Below are positions 8,638 through 17,718 of a stretch of 37,211 bases of DNA, piece after piece (within the stretch, counting starts at the first letter, position 1; each line of letters opens with the position of its first letter). The notes below the pieces were generated by a model that was not told the DNA's origin, did no database searches, and saw nothing but the letters and a program-made list of their open reading frames with translations. The DNA is from a virus. Lineage: Duplodnaviria > Caudoviricetes. The DNA lies in the IMG/VR virus record IMGVR_UViG_3300036985_004314, positions 1 to 37,211 of that record. The stretch is one strand, 5' to 3'. Both the position numbers and the translations under genes were made by a program.

Positions 8638-11349
8638 ATGAGGCAGCTTTGCATACAGGCCGTAGAAGGCGTTCTCAACCGGCCCATTTCTGTAGCCGAA
8701 GCACAGAACATTGAGGCCACCATCATTCGCAACATGCGTGCCCTGAACCGCAGGGACACAACCGCATGGAACGCAATGACGCGAGACCAGCGTTTGATGG
8801 CCGCAGCGCAGGAGGCAGCGCGGGAACTTAGAGAAGCCGCATACCAGAAGCGCCGCGTTGCATCGCTAGCCATCGAAGCCCATGACCGCAACATCAACTT
8901 TATCAACACCGCCCGCGGCCAAGGACTGGAAGGGCTGGACGCCGTAGAGCGGCTGGTTGCCTTTAAGCCTGACGGCCGGTCCGACGTGTTGTCTCTTGAG
9001 ACAGAGTCTCGCGCCGTTCGCGCCAACGCCATTCGCCAGTTGGTGGACACGTTCACTGCCGTGTCGCCCAAGTTCTTTGGCCTGTTCGAGAACAAAGAGG
9101 GCGTGACTAAGCTGACCAAAGCGCTGTTTGGCCAACCCTCTGGCGACGCTCGCATTGACGCCGGCGCACGTGCGTGGCTCGATACGGCAGAGATGTTGCG
9201 CAAGCAGTTCAACGAGCTTGGCGGCAAGATTCGCGAGCTGGAAGACTGGGCTATTCCGCAGCACCATTCGCAAGCCAAGGTATCCAACGCTGCAAAAAGC
9301 TCGGACCCCATGGCAAACCGCGACAAGTGGGTGCAGGACACGCTGCCCTTGCTGGACCGCAACAGGTACTACACGCCTGAAGGCGGGCCAATGAGCACCG
9401 CGGAGATGACCGACTTCCTGAACCATGCGTGGGAAACGCTGGCTACTGGCGGCATCAACAAGCTAAAGCCGGGAGGCCCGAAGGGCACCGGCATGTTGGC
9501 CAATCGCAACAGCGAAGCTCGCAGCATTCACTTCAGGGACGCTGACGCTTACCTCGAGTACCAGCAGCTCTACGGTGAGCGGGACTTGTGGAGCATCATG
9601 AGCGGGCACGTGGACAATTTGTCAAAGCAGATTGCTCAGCTCAAGGTGTTTGGCCCCAACGCTGACGCGGGGTTGACTGCCCTGCTGGACGGCGAACTGC
9701 AGCGGGCAGCCATGAGAGACCCTGTTTCTACGCCGGCTCTTGAGGCTCGCGCCAAGCGCGTCATGGACCTTTACAACTACTTCACCGGCAACGTGGCTCC
9801 GGTGGCCAGCCGCAAGCTGGCAGAGAACTTCGATACGCTGCGCTCGTGGAACGTGGCCAGCCGGCTAGGCAGCTCAGTGGTGACGGCGTTCTTTGCTGAC
9901 CCGGCTACCATCAACCTTACAGCGCAGGCCAACAACCTCTCGTCGTTTCGCCTATGGCGCAACATGCTTGGCAACCTCAACCCGTTTAACCGAGCTGACC
10001 GCAACCTTGCGCACCGCGCCGGCCTTGCGCTAGACGTGATGCTCAACGAGCTGACCCGCTGGGGCAACGACAACCTTGGGGCCGAAGCGTCAACCCGGCG
10101 AGCCCGCGTAAGCTCCAAGGTGGCCAGCACTGTGATGCGCATGTCTCTGCTACCGGCGCTCGATAGCGCCAACCGGCGGGCCTTTGGCGCAACCATGATG
10201 CACGCGCTGGGCGAGATGGTGAACAAGCACGCCAACCTATCTGCCGTTGACGCCATCGACAACCGCATCCTGCTTTCCAAGGGCATCACTGAAACCGACT
10301 TTGCCGTGTGGAAGCTGGCGCAGCTTGAGCATTGGGGCCGCGGCAATCGAGTGCTGACACCGGAGGGTATCGCTCAGATACCAGACGCTGCACTAGACCC
10401 GCTGGTGCAGGCCGAGGCGGCGCTGCTTCAGGCAGAGATGCAGCAGAAGATTACCAACGTGCAGAACAATCAGGCCCTGATGCCGCAGCAGATTGCTGAC
10501 TCGGTGTCTGACCTGACGCGCCTGTACAGCGAGAAGATTGCCGGGCTTGGCCAGAAGATTCGCACCGACGCCATGCACCGCCTGTTAGGCGTGACGCTCG
10601 AGGAGAGCGACATGGCCATCATTAACCCGGGCCTGAGTGACCGCTTCATCACCGGCGGCAAGAACGAACGTGGCACGTGGAGCGGAGAACTTGGCCGTTC
10701 CATCTGGCAGTTCAAGGGCTTTCCCATGGCCATGATATTTCGGCACATGGGACGTGGCCTGACTCAGCCAACCGCAGGCGGCAGGGCGTACTACATCGCC
10801 AAGCTGGTGGTTGGCACGTGGCTAATGGGCATTCTCGCGCAGACGGTGAACGACCTGCTGAACGGCAAGGACGTGCGCAACTACAACCCAATGGAAGAGT
10901 ACGGCGTGCGCAACAACATTGCCGGCCTACTGAAGGGCGGGGCGCTTGGCTTGTATGGTGACTTCCTGTTTGCCGGCACCACGCAAACCTCGCGCACTGG
11001 TCCAATCGCCTCGGCTCTTGGCCCGGTGGCTGGTCTTGCCGAAGAGACTTTCAACCTGACGCAGGGCAACCTTGTGCAAGCCATCAGGGGCGACGAAACA
11101 AACTTTGGCGCAGAGGCCACTCGTTGGGTAAAGGGCAACACCCCGGGCGCTTCGCTTTGGTATGCAAAAGCTATACTCGACCATATGATTTTCCAGCAGA
11201 TGCAGGAGGCTTTGAACCCCGGCTACCTGCGCAAGACGGAGCGCCGGCTCCAGCAAGAGACGGGGCAGGAATACTGGTGGGAACCGGGCACCGGCCCAGA
11301 AGGAATGCAGGCACCGCAGCCTGAACGTGCACTCGGAGAAGGCCAATGA
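8638..11349 (+). CDS. Large internal virion/ejection protein, 903 aa
   Basis: Size and position just before the tail fibre; helical protein with motifs such as WAIPQHH, SIWQFKGFP and a Gly-rich hydrophobic C-terminal part typical of podovirus injection proteins. Confidence 0.75.
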   Translation: MRQLCIQAVEGVLNRPISVAEAQNIEATIIRNMRALNRRDTTAWNAMTRDQRLMAAAQEAARELREAAYQKRRVASLAIEAHDRNINFINTARGQGLEGLDAVERLVAFKPDGRSDVLSLETESRAVRANAIRQLVDTFTAVSPKFFGLFENKEGVTKLTKALFGQPSGDARIDAGARAWLDTAEMLRKQFNELGGKIRELEDWAIPQHHSQAKVSNAAKSSDPMANRDKWVQDTLPLLDRNRYYTPEGGPMSTAEMTDFLNHAWETLATGGINKLKPGGPKGTGMLANRNSEARSIHFRDADAYLEYQQLYGERDLWSIMSGHVDNLSKQIAQLKVFGPNADAGLTALLDGELQRAAMRDPVSTPALEARAKRVMDLYNYFTGNVAPVASRKLAENFDTLRSWNVASRLGSSVVTAFFADPATINLTAQANNLSSFRLWRNMLGNLNPFNRADRNLAHRAGLALDVMLNELTRWGNDNLGAEASTRRARVSSKVASTVMRMSLLPALDSANRRAFGATMMHALGEMVNKHANLSAVDAIDNRILLSKGITETDFAVWKLAQLEHWGRGNRVLTPEGIAQIPDAALDPLVQAEAALLQAEMQQKITNVQNNQALMPQQIADSVSDLTRLYSEKIAGLGQKIRTDAMHRLLGVTLEESDMAIINPGLSDRFITGGKNERGTWSGELGRSIWQFKGFPMAMIFRHMGRGLTQPTAGGRAYYIAKLVVGTWLMGILAQTVNDLLNGKDVRNYNPMEEYGVRNNIAGLLKGGALGLYGDFLFAGTTQTSRTGPIASALGPVAGLAEETFNLTQGNLVQAIRGDETNFGAEATRWVKGNTPGASLWYAKAILDHMIFQQMQEALNPGYLRKTERRLQQETGQEYWWEPGTGPEGMQAPQPERALGEGQ

Positions 11350-12866
11350 CCGTATCGTCCACGACCAGCCGAGTAAGCTATGCCGGCAACGGCAGCACCA
11401 CCGCATTCACGGCATCGTTCCCATTCCTTGCCAACGCAGACCTCGTTGTCATCAGGGTCACCAACGGCGTAGAAACCACGTTGGTTCTGAGCACTGACTA
11501 CACCGTCACTGGTGCCGGCGGTACTAGCGGCACGGTTACCTGCACGGTGGCCCCGGCCGTTGGCTCCACGCTTGTCATCTACCGCGACCCTGCAATCACG
11601 CAGCTTGTGGACTATCAGCCCAACGACCCGTTTCCTGCGAACACGCATGAGACCGCACTAGACCGGCTGACCATGATTTCGCAGCGGCAGAAAGACCTTG
11701 TCACGCGGTCCATGCGACTGAGCGACGGCGACGTGAGCGGCGCGTCCACCACGCTACCAACCCCCGATGCCAACAAGGTAATCGGTTGGAACTCCGGTGG
11801 CACTGGCCTCACCAACATTGACGCCAACCTGTTTGCTGCTGTTGTTGCGTTTGCCACTGCCAAGGCAGACACGTTCACTGGCAACGGCAGCACCACGGTG
11901 TTTACGTTGACCGGCAACCCGGGAGACGTTGCCAACCTTGACGTGTCCGTCAACGGGCTTACTAAAATACCGGTGACGGACTACGTGTGGAATGGCACGA
12001 CGGTCACGTTCACTGCAGCCCCCGCTGCTGCTGCAGCTATTCTGATTCGCTACATGCAGGGCTTGCCTTCGGTCTACAGTCCGCCAATTTCTGTAACCGT
12101 TGCTTCGGGAACCGCTGGCGTCAACGTCACTGACGGCGTTCGCTCAATTGGCTTTACGCCAAATGCCACCAACATTCTGTACAGCACTGCGCCGCTGAAC
12201 ATCAGCATTAGCGGCAGCGCGGCGCTACAGTTCTCTGCTAACCGAAACGTGACTATTCCCGCCCCTGTAACTGGTTTTGCACTTACGGTTAATGCTTTTA
12301 GTTCGTCAGCTACAGCATTGTTTGCCGGCAGTACAAGCCAAGCCGGTTACATCACCGTGCAAGACGGAAATACTGGCAATCGTCAGTTCAGTCTTGGCAG
12401 TGGCCTTGGTGCAATTGGTCAGTTTGCAATTTACGACAACAACGCAACGGTCAATCGCTTGGCGATTACCAGCGCCGGCGCGTGGACCTTTAACACCAAC
12501 GCCACGCAGAACTCGTTCACCATCAACGGTGGCGCAGGAACGCTTACGTTTGCGCTTACCTACGCTGCATCGCTGACGATTGACTGCAGCAAGTCCAACG
12601 TGTTTGCCATGACGTTTGGCGCTGGCAACGTGACTACGCTCACCGTCAGCAACCCGGTAGACGGGCAGACCATCAACGTGTTCCTGACGCAAGACGGCAC
12701 TGGCTCGCGCACCGTGACGTGGCCGGCATCGTTCCGGTTCCCGGGCGGCGCTGCTGCTAGCGGCGTGCTTAGCACTGCAGCCAATTCCGTTGACTTGCTG
12801 GTGGCAACGTACCGGGCAAGCCCGGGCGCGTGGTACTGCAGCTTGCTGAAGGACCTGAAGGCGTGA
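11346..12866 (+). CDS. Tail fibre protein with podovirus N-terminal anchor
   Basis: N-terminus YAGNGSTTAFT...FPF...DYTVTG...HETALDRLTMISQ matches tail-fibre anchor domains; Thr/Gly/Ser-rich body; C-terminal LTQDGTGSRTVTWPA motif. Confidence 0.88.
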   Translation: MTVSSTTSRVSYAGNGSTTAFTASFPFLANADLVVIRVTNGVETTLVLSTDYTVTGAGGTSGTVTCTVAPAVGSTLVIYRDPAITQLVDYQPNDPFPANTHETALDRLTMISQRQKDLVTRSMRLSDGDVSGASTTLPTPDANKVIGWNSGGTGLTNIDANLFAAVVAFATAKADTFTGNGSTTVFTLTGNPGDVANLDVSVNGLTKIPVTDYVWNGTTVTFTAAPAAAAAILIRYMQGLPSVYSPPISVTVASGTAGVNVTDGVRSIGFTPNATNILYSTAPLNISISGSAALQFSANRNVTIPAPVTGFALTVNAFSSSATALFAGSTSQAGYITVQDGNTGNRQFSLGSGLGAIGQFAIYDNNATVNRLAITSAGAWTFNTNATQNSFTINGGAGTLTFALTYAASLTIDCSKSNVFAMTFGAGNVTTLTVSNPVDGQTINVFLTQDGTGSRTVTWPASFRFPGGAAASGVLSTAANSVDLLVATYRASPGAWYCSLLKDLKA

Positions 12867-13444
12867 CATTCGCGGCCCGGCCTCATACAAGAACTTTTGC
12901 CACTGTGGTGCGCACGTACAGCACTGGCGCTGGCGCAACCGATACGGTGCCGACTGGCGCAAGCTCGGTCATCATTGAGGCATGGGGCGGCGGCGCGTCA
13001 GGCGAAAAAGATTCTATTGGTGGACCGGGCACCGGTGGTGGTGGCGGCTCGTATTGTTCGCGCACCATTGCCTGCATTGGCGGGAACACACTGACCTACA
13101 CCGTGGCACAGTCTGTTGCCGGCGCAAGTAGCAACGGCCCCGGCACCAACGGCAACCTATCTTCTGTTACCGGCACCGTGTCCGGTGGTTCAGTAACCAT
13201 GACCGCAAACGGCGGCAGTTCCGGCGGCACCGGCGGGTTCGGTGGTTCTGCAACTGGAGGCACGGTTAACACCAATGGTGCTGACGCGCTCAACGAAGTG
13301 GGCGGCGCTGGTGCTGGCCCCGGCGGCGGCTCAGGCGGTGGACTGAACGCTGCCGGCAATCCCCTTGGAGGCGGCGGTGGTGGTGCAACGGCGGGCTCGT
13401 CCGGCCAAGGCGCTCGCGGCCAAGTGCAGTTCACTTACAACTGA
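12863..13444 (+). CDS. Glycine-rich tail fibre/receptor-binding associated protein
   Basis: GTG 12863 overlaps the fibre stop (GTGA); IEAWGGG...GGGGGSY...GARGQV glycine-rich domain pattern. Confidence 0.7.
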   Translation: MTFAARPHTRTFATVVRTYSTGAGATDTVPTGASSVIIEAWGGGASGEKDSIGGPGTGGGGGSYCSRTIACIGGNTLTYTVAQSVAGASSNGPGTNGNLSSVTGTVSGGSVTMTANGGSSGGTGGFGGSATGGTVNTNGADALNEVGGAGAGPGGGSGGGLNAAGNPLGGGGGGATAGSSGQGARGQVQFTYN

Positions 13445-13455
13445 CGGGGCTGGAG

Positions 13456-13689
13456 ATGTCCGATATGCACCGCGACATTGGTCGGCATGATGCGCAGATT
13501 GAAGCCTTGCAAGCGCAGGTGGACCGGCTGCACTTGGACATGACTACCGTGTTGTCTGAACTGCGCACAATCAATGCCACGCTGTCTGAAGCCAAAGGTG
13601 GCTGGAAGACTTTGCTTGCCGTTGGCGCGATAGCTTCTGGCATGACTGCTTTTGCCATGAAGATTCTAGGCTTTCTGTTTTCCAAGTAA
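13456..13689 (+). CDS. Small coiled-coil protein with a C-terminal TM helix (holin/antiholin-like)
   Basis: GGAG RBS; heptad-rich N-terminus followed by a hydrophobic helix; first gene of the lysis region. Confidence 0.55.
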   Translation: MSDMHRDIGRHDAQIEALQAQVDRLHLDMTTVLSELRTINATLSEAKGGWKTLLAVGAIASGMTAFAMKILGFLFSK

Positions 13690-13697
13690 GGAACCCC

Positions 13698-14063
13698 ATG
13701 GCACTGCCCATGCTTTTGCTGGCAACTGTTGTTGCCGTCACGGATGGCGATACATTCAAGGGCCGCATCGAAGTGTGGCCGGGTATTGATGTTGTCACTG
13801 CGGTTCGCGTGGCTGGTATTGACACGCCTGAACTGAAGGGAAAGTGCGCCTCAGAAAAAGCCACGGCGCTGGCAGCCAAGGCTCGCCTTGCTGAACTGCT
13901 ATCTGCTGGTCCGGTCACCGTGGAGCAAGTCCAACTGGACAAGTATGCCGGGCGCGTTGACGCCGTGGTTCGCGTGGCCGGCAAGCTCGTGGCCGACACG
14001 CTAGTAGCCGAAGGGTTGGCCCGCAAGTACACCGGCGGAACCCGCCAAGGCTGGTGCCCGTGA
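13698..14063 (+). CDS. Thermonuclease (SNase-like) family nuclease
   Basis: VTDGDTF, VRVAGIDTPE, DKYAGR and LVAEGLA motifs of the staphylococcal nuclease fold; TAAGGA RBS. Confidence 0.9.
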   Translation: MALPMLLLATVVAVTDGDTFKGRIEVWPGIDVVTAVRVAGIDTPELKGKCASEKATALAAKARLAELLSAGPVTVEQVQLDKYAGRVDAVVRVAGKLVADTLVAEGLARKYTGGTRQGWCP

Positions 14064-14479
14064 GCCGCAACCTGCAGGACCTTCACCCCGCTGTGAACCG
14101 CATGGCCAACAGCTTTCTGATGTCCGCGGCTGCCGCCGGCATCGACTTGCTGGTGACCTGCACGTGGCGCTCTGGCGCTGAGCAGGCGGCGCTCTACGCT
14201 CAGGGCCGGACCGCGCCGGGGCCCATCGTCACCAAGGCCAAGCCCGGCCAGTCCATGCATAACCACTGCGTGCAGGGGCACCCGGCTAGCCTCGCGCTGG
14301 ACGTGGTCCCGATGCGCAACGGCAAGCCCGTCTGGAAAACGACGGACCCCGTGTGGCAGCAAGTTGGCCAGTTAGGCAAAGCCGCCGGCCTTGCATGGGC
14401 TGGCGACTGGAAGACCTTCCGCGAGTACCCGCATTTCCAACACCCTGACGCCAAGCGTCTACAAGGAGCATTGCCATGA
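14060..14479 (+). CDS. Endolysin, peptidase M15 family (L-Ala-D-Glu peptidase type)
   Basis: R-S..EQ..LYAQGRT, SMHN, ALDVVP, WAGDW..FREYPHFQ motifs; GTG overlaps the upstream stop. Confidence 0.92.
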   Translation: MSRNLQDLHPAVNRMANSFLMSAAAAGIDLLVTCTWRSGAEQAALYAQGRTAPGPIVTKAKPGQSMHNHCVQGHPASLALDVVPMRNGKPVWKTTDPVWQQVGQLGKAAGLAWAGDWKTFREYPHFQHPDAKRLQGALP

Positions 14480-14658
14480 GTTTCCTCGAATACATCGTTG
14501 CCCGCCTGCAGGAGCCCAGCACGTGGCGCGGGCTGGTGCTAATCGCTACCGCGGTTGGCGCTCACCTGACTGAGTCGCAGGTCTCGACCATCATTGAGGT
14601 TGGCCTGCTGCTTGCCGGCTTTCTCGGCGCTGCTCTGCCGGACAAGAAGGCCGAGTGA
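14476..14658 (+). CDS. Holin (2 TM)
   Basis: RLQEPSTWRGL motif, two hydrophobic segments, charged C-tail; lies between endolysin and spanins. Confidence 0.75.
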   Translation: MSFLEYIVARLQEPSTWRGLVLIATAVGAHLTESQVSTIIEVGLLLAGFLGAALPDKKAE

Positions 14659-15119
14659 TTCGGGCGGCATTGTGGCTAGCTCTGGCTGCCGGTCTAGTAC
14701 TCGGTGGCTGGGCACTGCACCGGCAGGCCTATAGAACGGGCTGGGAGGCCGGTAGCGCCTCGATTCGGGCTGAGTGGCACCTCGATAGCCTCCGCCAGCA
14801 CACGGCCCTTACAGAGGTTCTGGAGCGGCAGCACGCCGCAGCTCAGGAGATTGAACGTGGACTATCTGAAAAGCTGGCGGCTGCCGACACTCGCGGCCGC
14901 GACCTTGCTGGCCGGCTGCGCAGCGCACTCGGTTCCGCCGGAACCTGCCCGGTGCCTGCAACCGGCGAGCCCCCCGGCCCGTCTGCTGGAGCCGGCGGAG
15001 AGCCCGGCAACCCGACAGAGATTGGAGAAGCTCTTGCCTCCCACTTCATTGCCTGCGAGCGTGACGCCGAAAGGCTAGGTGCACTGCAAATCTACTGGGG
15101 AAAAGTGGTGCTACACTAG
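14655..15119 (+). CDS. Rz: i-spanin (Rz-like)
   Basis: N-terminal TM anchor, coiled coil, Pro/Gly linker, C-terminal helix with Cys; follows the holin. Confidence 0.8.
   Translation: MIRAALWLALAAGLVLGGWALHRQAYRTGWEAGSASIRAEWHLDSLRQHTALTEVLERQHAAAQEIERGLSEKLAAADTRGRDLAGRLRSALGSAGTCPVPATGEPPGPSAGAGGEPGNPTEIGEALASHFIACERDAERLGALQIYWGKVVLH
14857..15078 (+). CDS. Rz1: o-spanin lipoprotein (Rz1-like), fully embedded in Rz in the +1 frame
   Basis: AGGAGA RBS at 14845-14850, GTG start, lipobox LLAGC, Pro-rich mature part. Confidence 0.8.
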   Translation: MDYLKSWRLPTLAAATLLAGCAAHSVPPEPARCLQPASPPARLLEPAESPATRQRLEKLLPPTSLPASVTPKG

Positions 15120-15148
15120 GAGCGTGCGTTCCGTAGTGTCCCTCTATT

Positions 15149-15177
15149 CGCCCCGGCCTGCCCGGGGCGTTTTTTTT
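15149..15177 (+). terminator. Rho-independent terminator ending the late/lysis operon
   Basis: CGCCCCGG-cctgc-CCGGGGCG followed by T8, at the convergence of the two transcription directions. Confidence 0.9.
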
Positions 15178-15187
15178 CCTACCGCGG

Positions 15188-15382
15188 TCAGCCGACCTGA
15201 CGGTGAGAGGTTTCCCAAGCGCGTACATCGTCCAGCATGTACAGCACCTTGCAGCCGCGGCCAGCGCCAAGCTTTACGTAGACCGGGCCCTTCTTCTGGA
15301 CACGCCAGTTGCCCAGCGTCTTAGCGTCCATGCCCCATCGCGCAGCCAGCATTTCTGCCGTCAAAATTTCTGGTTCGTTCAC
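15188..15382 (-). CDS. Xis/AlpA-like winged-helix DNA-binding protein
   Basis: LAARWGMDAKTLGNWR...GPVYVKLG...VLY..DDV..W pattern. Confidence 0.8.
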   Translation of the reverse strand: MNEPEILTAEMLAARWGMDAKTLGNWRVQKKGPVYVKLGAGRGCKVLYMLDDVRAWETSHRQVG

Positions 15383-16095
15383 AGTTCAGTCTCCCCGGTG
15401 GTGATGTCCTGCGCGGCCTCAGCCCGCAGGGTGTTCTGCCGGCTGATGCCGGCCTGAATGGCGACCTGCCGCTCGGTGTCCACCAGCGCCTTGATGGCGG
15501 GGCGCAGCGCAGCAAGGTCCGACTCCATGCTGGCCGCGGCAATGCGGGCCAGAACCGAAGCCAGTTCCTCGCTGGGGCCTTCCTGCTGCGGGGCCTGCTG
15601 GACCTGCATGACTTGCGGCTTGGCGTCAAAGTCCGCCACTTCCTCGGGCGTGTAGACGCCAACTGCTACGCCGGGGAACACCGTGCGGATGCCCTCGCTG
15701 ATGACGCGGGCCCGCAGCATCTGCCGCGGGTACTGACGCCACGTAGCGTTCTTGGTTAGGCCGGCACGCTCGGCCATCTTGTAGGTCCACTCGATTTCCA
15801 CCGAGCCGCCCTGCGGGTGAGACACGACGGCGCTCACGGCTTCGTCGGTGTACTTGCGCCACTCCACCTTGCCGCCGTTCGACTGAAAGCGGGCCAGCAT
15901 GGCGTCCGCCTTCAGGGCCGGGCGGCCGTTGATGATGTGGTAATCGCGAGCAGCGATTGCCGGGTGCAGACCTTCGGCCTGAGCAATGAGCATCAAGGCC
16001 ATCGCTTGGTCTTGGGTCTTGATGCCAAACAAGCCCGAGCGGGCAACCGCGGCGGCCATGGTCTGGATAGCTTCAACGGGGACAAGAGCGTTCAT
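15379..16095 (-). CDS. RecT/Redbeta-like single-strand annealing protein
   Basis: GLHP...IINGRP, W.QYPRQML.AR..S..IR.VFP motifs; adjacent to the exonuclease. Confidence 0.8.
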   Translation of the reverse strand: MNALVPVEAIQTMAAAVARSGLFGIKTQDQAMALMLIAQAEGLHPAIAARDYHIINGRPALKADAMLARFQSNGGKVEWRKYTDEAVSAVVSHPQGGSVEIEWTYKMAERAGLTKNATWRQYPRQMLRARVISEGIRTVFPGVAVGVYTPEEVADFDAKPQVMQVQQAPQQEGPSEELASVLARIAAASMESDLAALRPAIKALVDTERQVAIQAGISRQNTLRAEAAQDITTGETEL

Positions 16096-16718
16096 TGTGC
16101 GTTTTCCTGTAGGTTCTTTAGAGTAATTACCATTGCATCGACTTCGACAAGAAACTGGCGGACCTCGGCATCCAGCCGGCTGATGTAATCGGCGTCACGC
16201 GGTACGCGCTGGATGTACAGCTCGAGCCCTGCCGGCATGCGCGGGTCGAACGACACAAAGTCGCACCAGTCATAGCCGGTTACCCAGAGCTGGCCCTGTA
16301 TCTGAGCCATGTGCATGGGGTCCATGCCGTTGGTCAGAGTGTACACGTGTGTGCTGCTGTTGGGGGCCTTAATTTCGATGAGGCCCTCAAGTTCAACCAC
16401 GCCATCTGGCGATACGCCTACCATTAGCTCGGGGTGCTTTACAAAGCCGACCTCGTCAACGTGCCGGCCAGTGCGTGCCACGTAGGCTTCGCGAGCAAAG
16501 GGCTCCTGCTCGGTGCCCCACTGCATAGCAGCGTTGACGTAGTTCTGGGTCGGCATGCCGGTGATGCGCTCGCAGGCAACCTCGATGAGGTAGTCCTGCC
16601 GGGCCTGCGACGGAGCGCCGTTCTTCAGCTTGGCCAGCACTGCCTTGAAGCGGCTAGCGGTGACGTGGCCAACGCGCTGCATCAGCCAAGCGTGGGTGCG
16701 TTGTTCGATGATTTCCAT
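16092..16718 (-). CDS. Lambda-type exonuclease (YqaJ family)
   Basis: QRT.AW...R.G.VTAS, AMQWGTEQEP.AR, SPDG, IEIKAP, QIQGQLWV motifs; start placed at MEIIEQ after an AAAGG RBS. Confidence 0.92.
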   Translation of the reverse strand: MEIIEQRTHAWLMQRVGHVTASRFKAVLAKLKNGAPSQARQDYLIEVACERITGMPTQNYVNAAMQWGTEQEPFAREAYVARTGRHVDEVGFVKHPELMVGVSPDGVVELEGLIEIKAPNSSTHVYTLTNGMDPMHMAQIQGQLWVTGYDWCDFVSFDPRMPAGLELYIQRVPRDADYISRLDAEVRQFLVEVDAMVITLKNLQENAQ

Positions 16719-16728
16719 GTGCGTGCCT

Positions 16729-16926
16729 TTAGCGGTTGTCGTTGATGCGTGACGTGGTAATGCGATACCAGCGTTCGTGCTTGCGGGTGGCCATGAGCTG
16801 CGGCTTAGGCAGCCCCTTGCCGAGGTTTTCAAAGTGCGAGGCAATGATGGCCAGCACAATGATGAGGGCCAGAAAGATGCCGGCAAACATGATTGCCAGC
16901 ACTTCGAGGTCATCGTAGGTCTGCAT
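16729..16926 (-). CDS. Small membrane protein
   Basis: Single strongly hydrophobic segment; start overlaps the upstream stop; tiles the operon. Confidence 0.55.
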   Translation of the reverse strand: MQTYDDLEVLAIMFAGIFLALIIVLAIIASHFENLGKGLPKPQLMATRKHERWYRITTSRINDNR

Positions 16927-17285
16927 TAGAAGCCCCTCTTGCGGTTGACCGCGCTAACCACGAGGTCCTTAATGCGGGCCTCGGACGTGAGCCGCACCTC
17001 GTTCATGATGGCCATGCCGAGCCGAAGCGCGGCGCAGTGCGCATCGACGAACGTATCGTCATCGCGCAGGCCTTCGACGAGGTTGCTGAAAGCATCGTCA
17101 AGCACCGCGTTGTCGGTGGCCTCGACTACGTCGTACATGGAGCCCAGCTTCAGCCGGGCGTAGTCGGCAATCAGGTGGCCGTGGACCCGCACCTGCTTGG
17201 CTTCGACCTTGCCTACGGCCGGCAAGGTGTCGAGGCTGTTCAGGATGGTGTTGGCAATCAACTGGTCAATGCTGTTGGAATTCAT
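16926..17285 (-). CDS. Hypothetical protein
   Basis: AAGGA RBS; tiles the leftward operon. Confidence 0.65.
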   Translation of the reverse strand: MNSNSIDQLIANTILNSLDTLPAVGKVEAKQVRVHGHLIADYARLKLGSMYDVVEATDNAVLDDAFSNLVEGLRDDDTFVDAHCAALRLGMAIMNEVRLTSEARIKDLVVSAVNRKRGF

Positions 17286-17306
17286 GGCGTTTTCCTTTTC
17301 GTTGTG

Positions 17307-17633
17307 TCAGGCAGCGGCCGCAGCGGCGGCGCGGTTCAGGATGGTCTTGAGCGTCTCGTGCTTGCCCTCGGCCAGCAGGATGGTGGCGTTGACCAGCGCC
17401 TGAGCACCGGAGCCGCCGTTCCAGCTGTGCCACATGGACAGGTTGACCGAGGCCTCTTCCTTCATGGCCTCAAGCGCCGCGACCATGAGCGCCTGCGGGT
17501 CGGCGTTCAGCTTGGCAACCATTTCGACGGCGGCGTCGTTGGTGATTTCGTAGGCCAGCAGCAAGTTGCCAAACCAGACCGAGACCTTGGTCCGGTTGCG
17601 CGGCAGCGTGCAGTTGCGAATTTCAAAGTTCAT
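17307..17633 (-). CDS. Hypothetical early protein (MNFEIRN...)
   Basis: Preceded by GAACGGAGAACGGA RBS region and a sigma70-like promoter. Confidence 0.65.
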   Translation of the reverse strand: MNFEIRNCTLPRNRTKVSVWFGNLLLAYEITNDAAVEMVAKLNADPQALMVAALEAMKEEASVNLSMWHSWNGGSGAQALVNATILLAEGKHETLKTILNRAAAAAAA

Positions 17634-17662
17634 TCCGTTCTCCGTTCGTTTCAAGTGTTGCT

Positions 17663-17691
17663 ATCTTAACAACACCCCTTGCCCGTTGCAA
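17663..17691 (-). promoter_or_regulatory. Sigma70-like promoter TTGCAA-17-TAAGAT overlapped by the inverted repeat CACCCCTTGC/GCAAGGGGTG (17673-17697)
   Basis: Exact 17-nt spacer; intergenic; upstream of the ORF starting at 17633. Confidence 0.7.
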
Positions 17692-17718
17692 GGGGTGACT
17701 GAAAGTTTATTGCAGTGC

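Noticed and set aside
12830-12866. Programmed frameshift fusing the tail fibre to the Gly-rich protein
   Set aside because: No slippery sequence is visible; the GTGA stop/start overlap explains the arrangement
11346-13444. Diversity-generating retroelement, given the BPP-1-like morphogenesis genes
   Set aside because: No reverse transcriptase and no template/variable repeat pair differing at adenines were seen
15188-15382. Evidence of an integration module or att site near the Xis-like gene
   Set aside because: No integrase, no tRNA-like att core and no flanking host DNA
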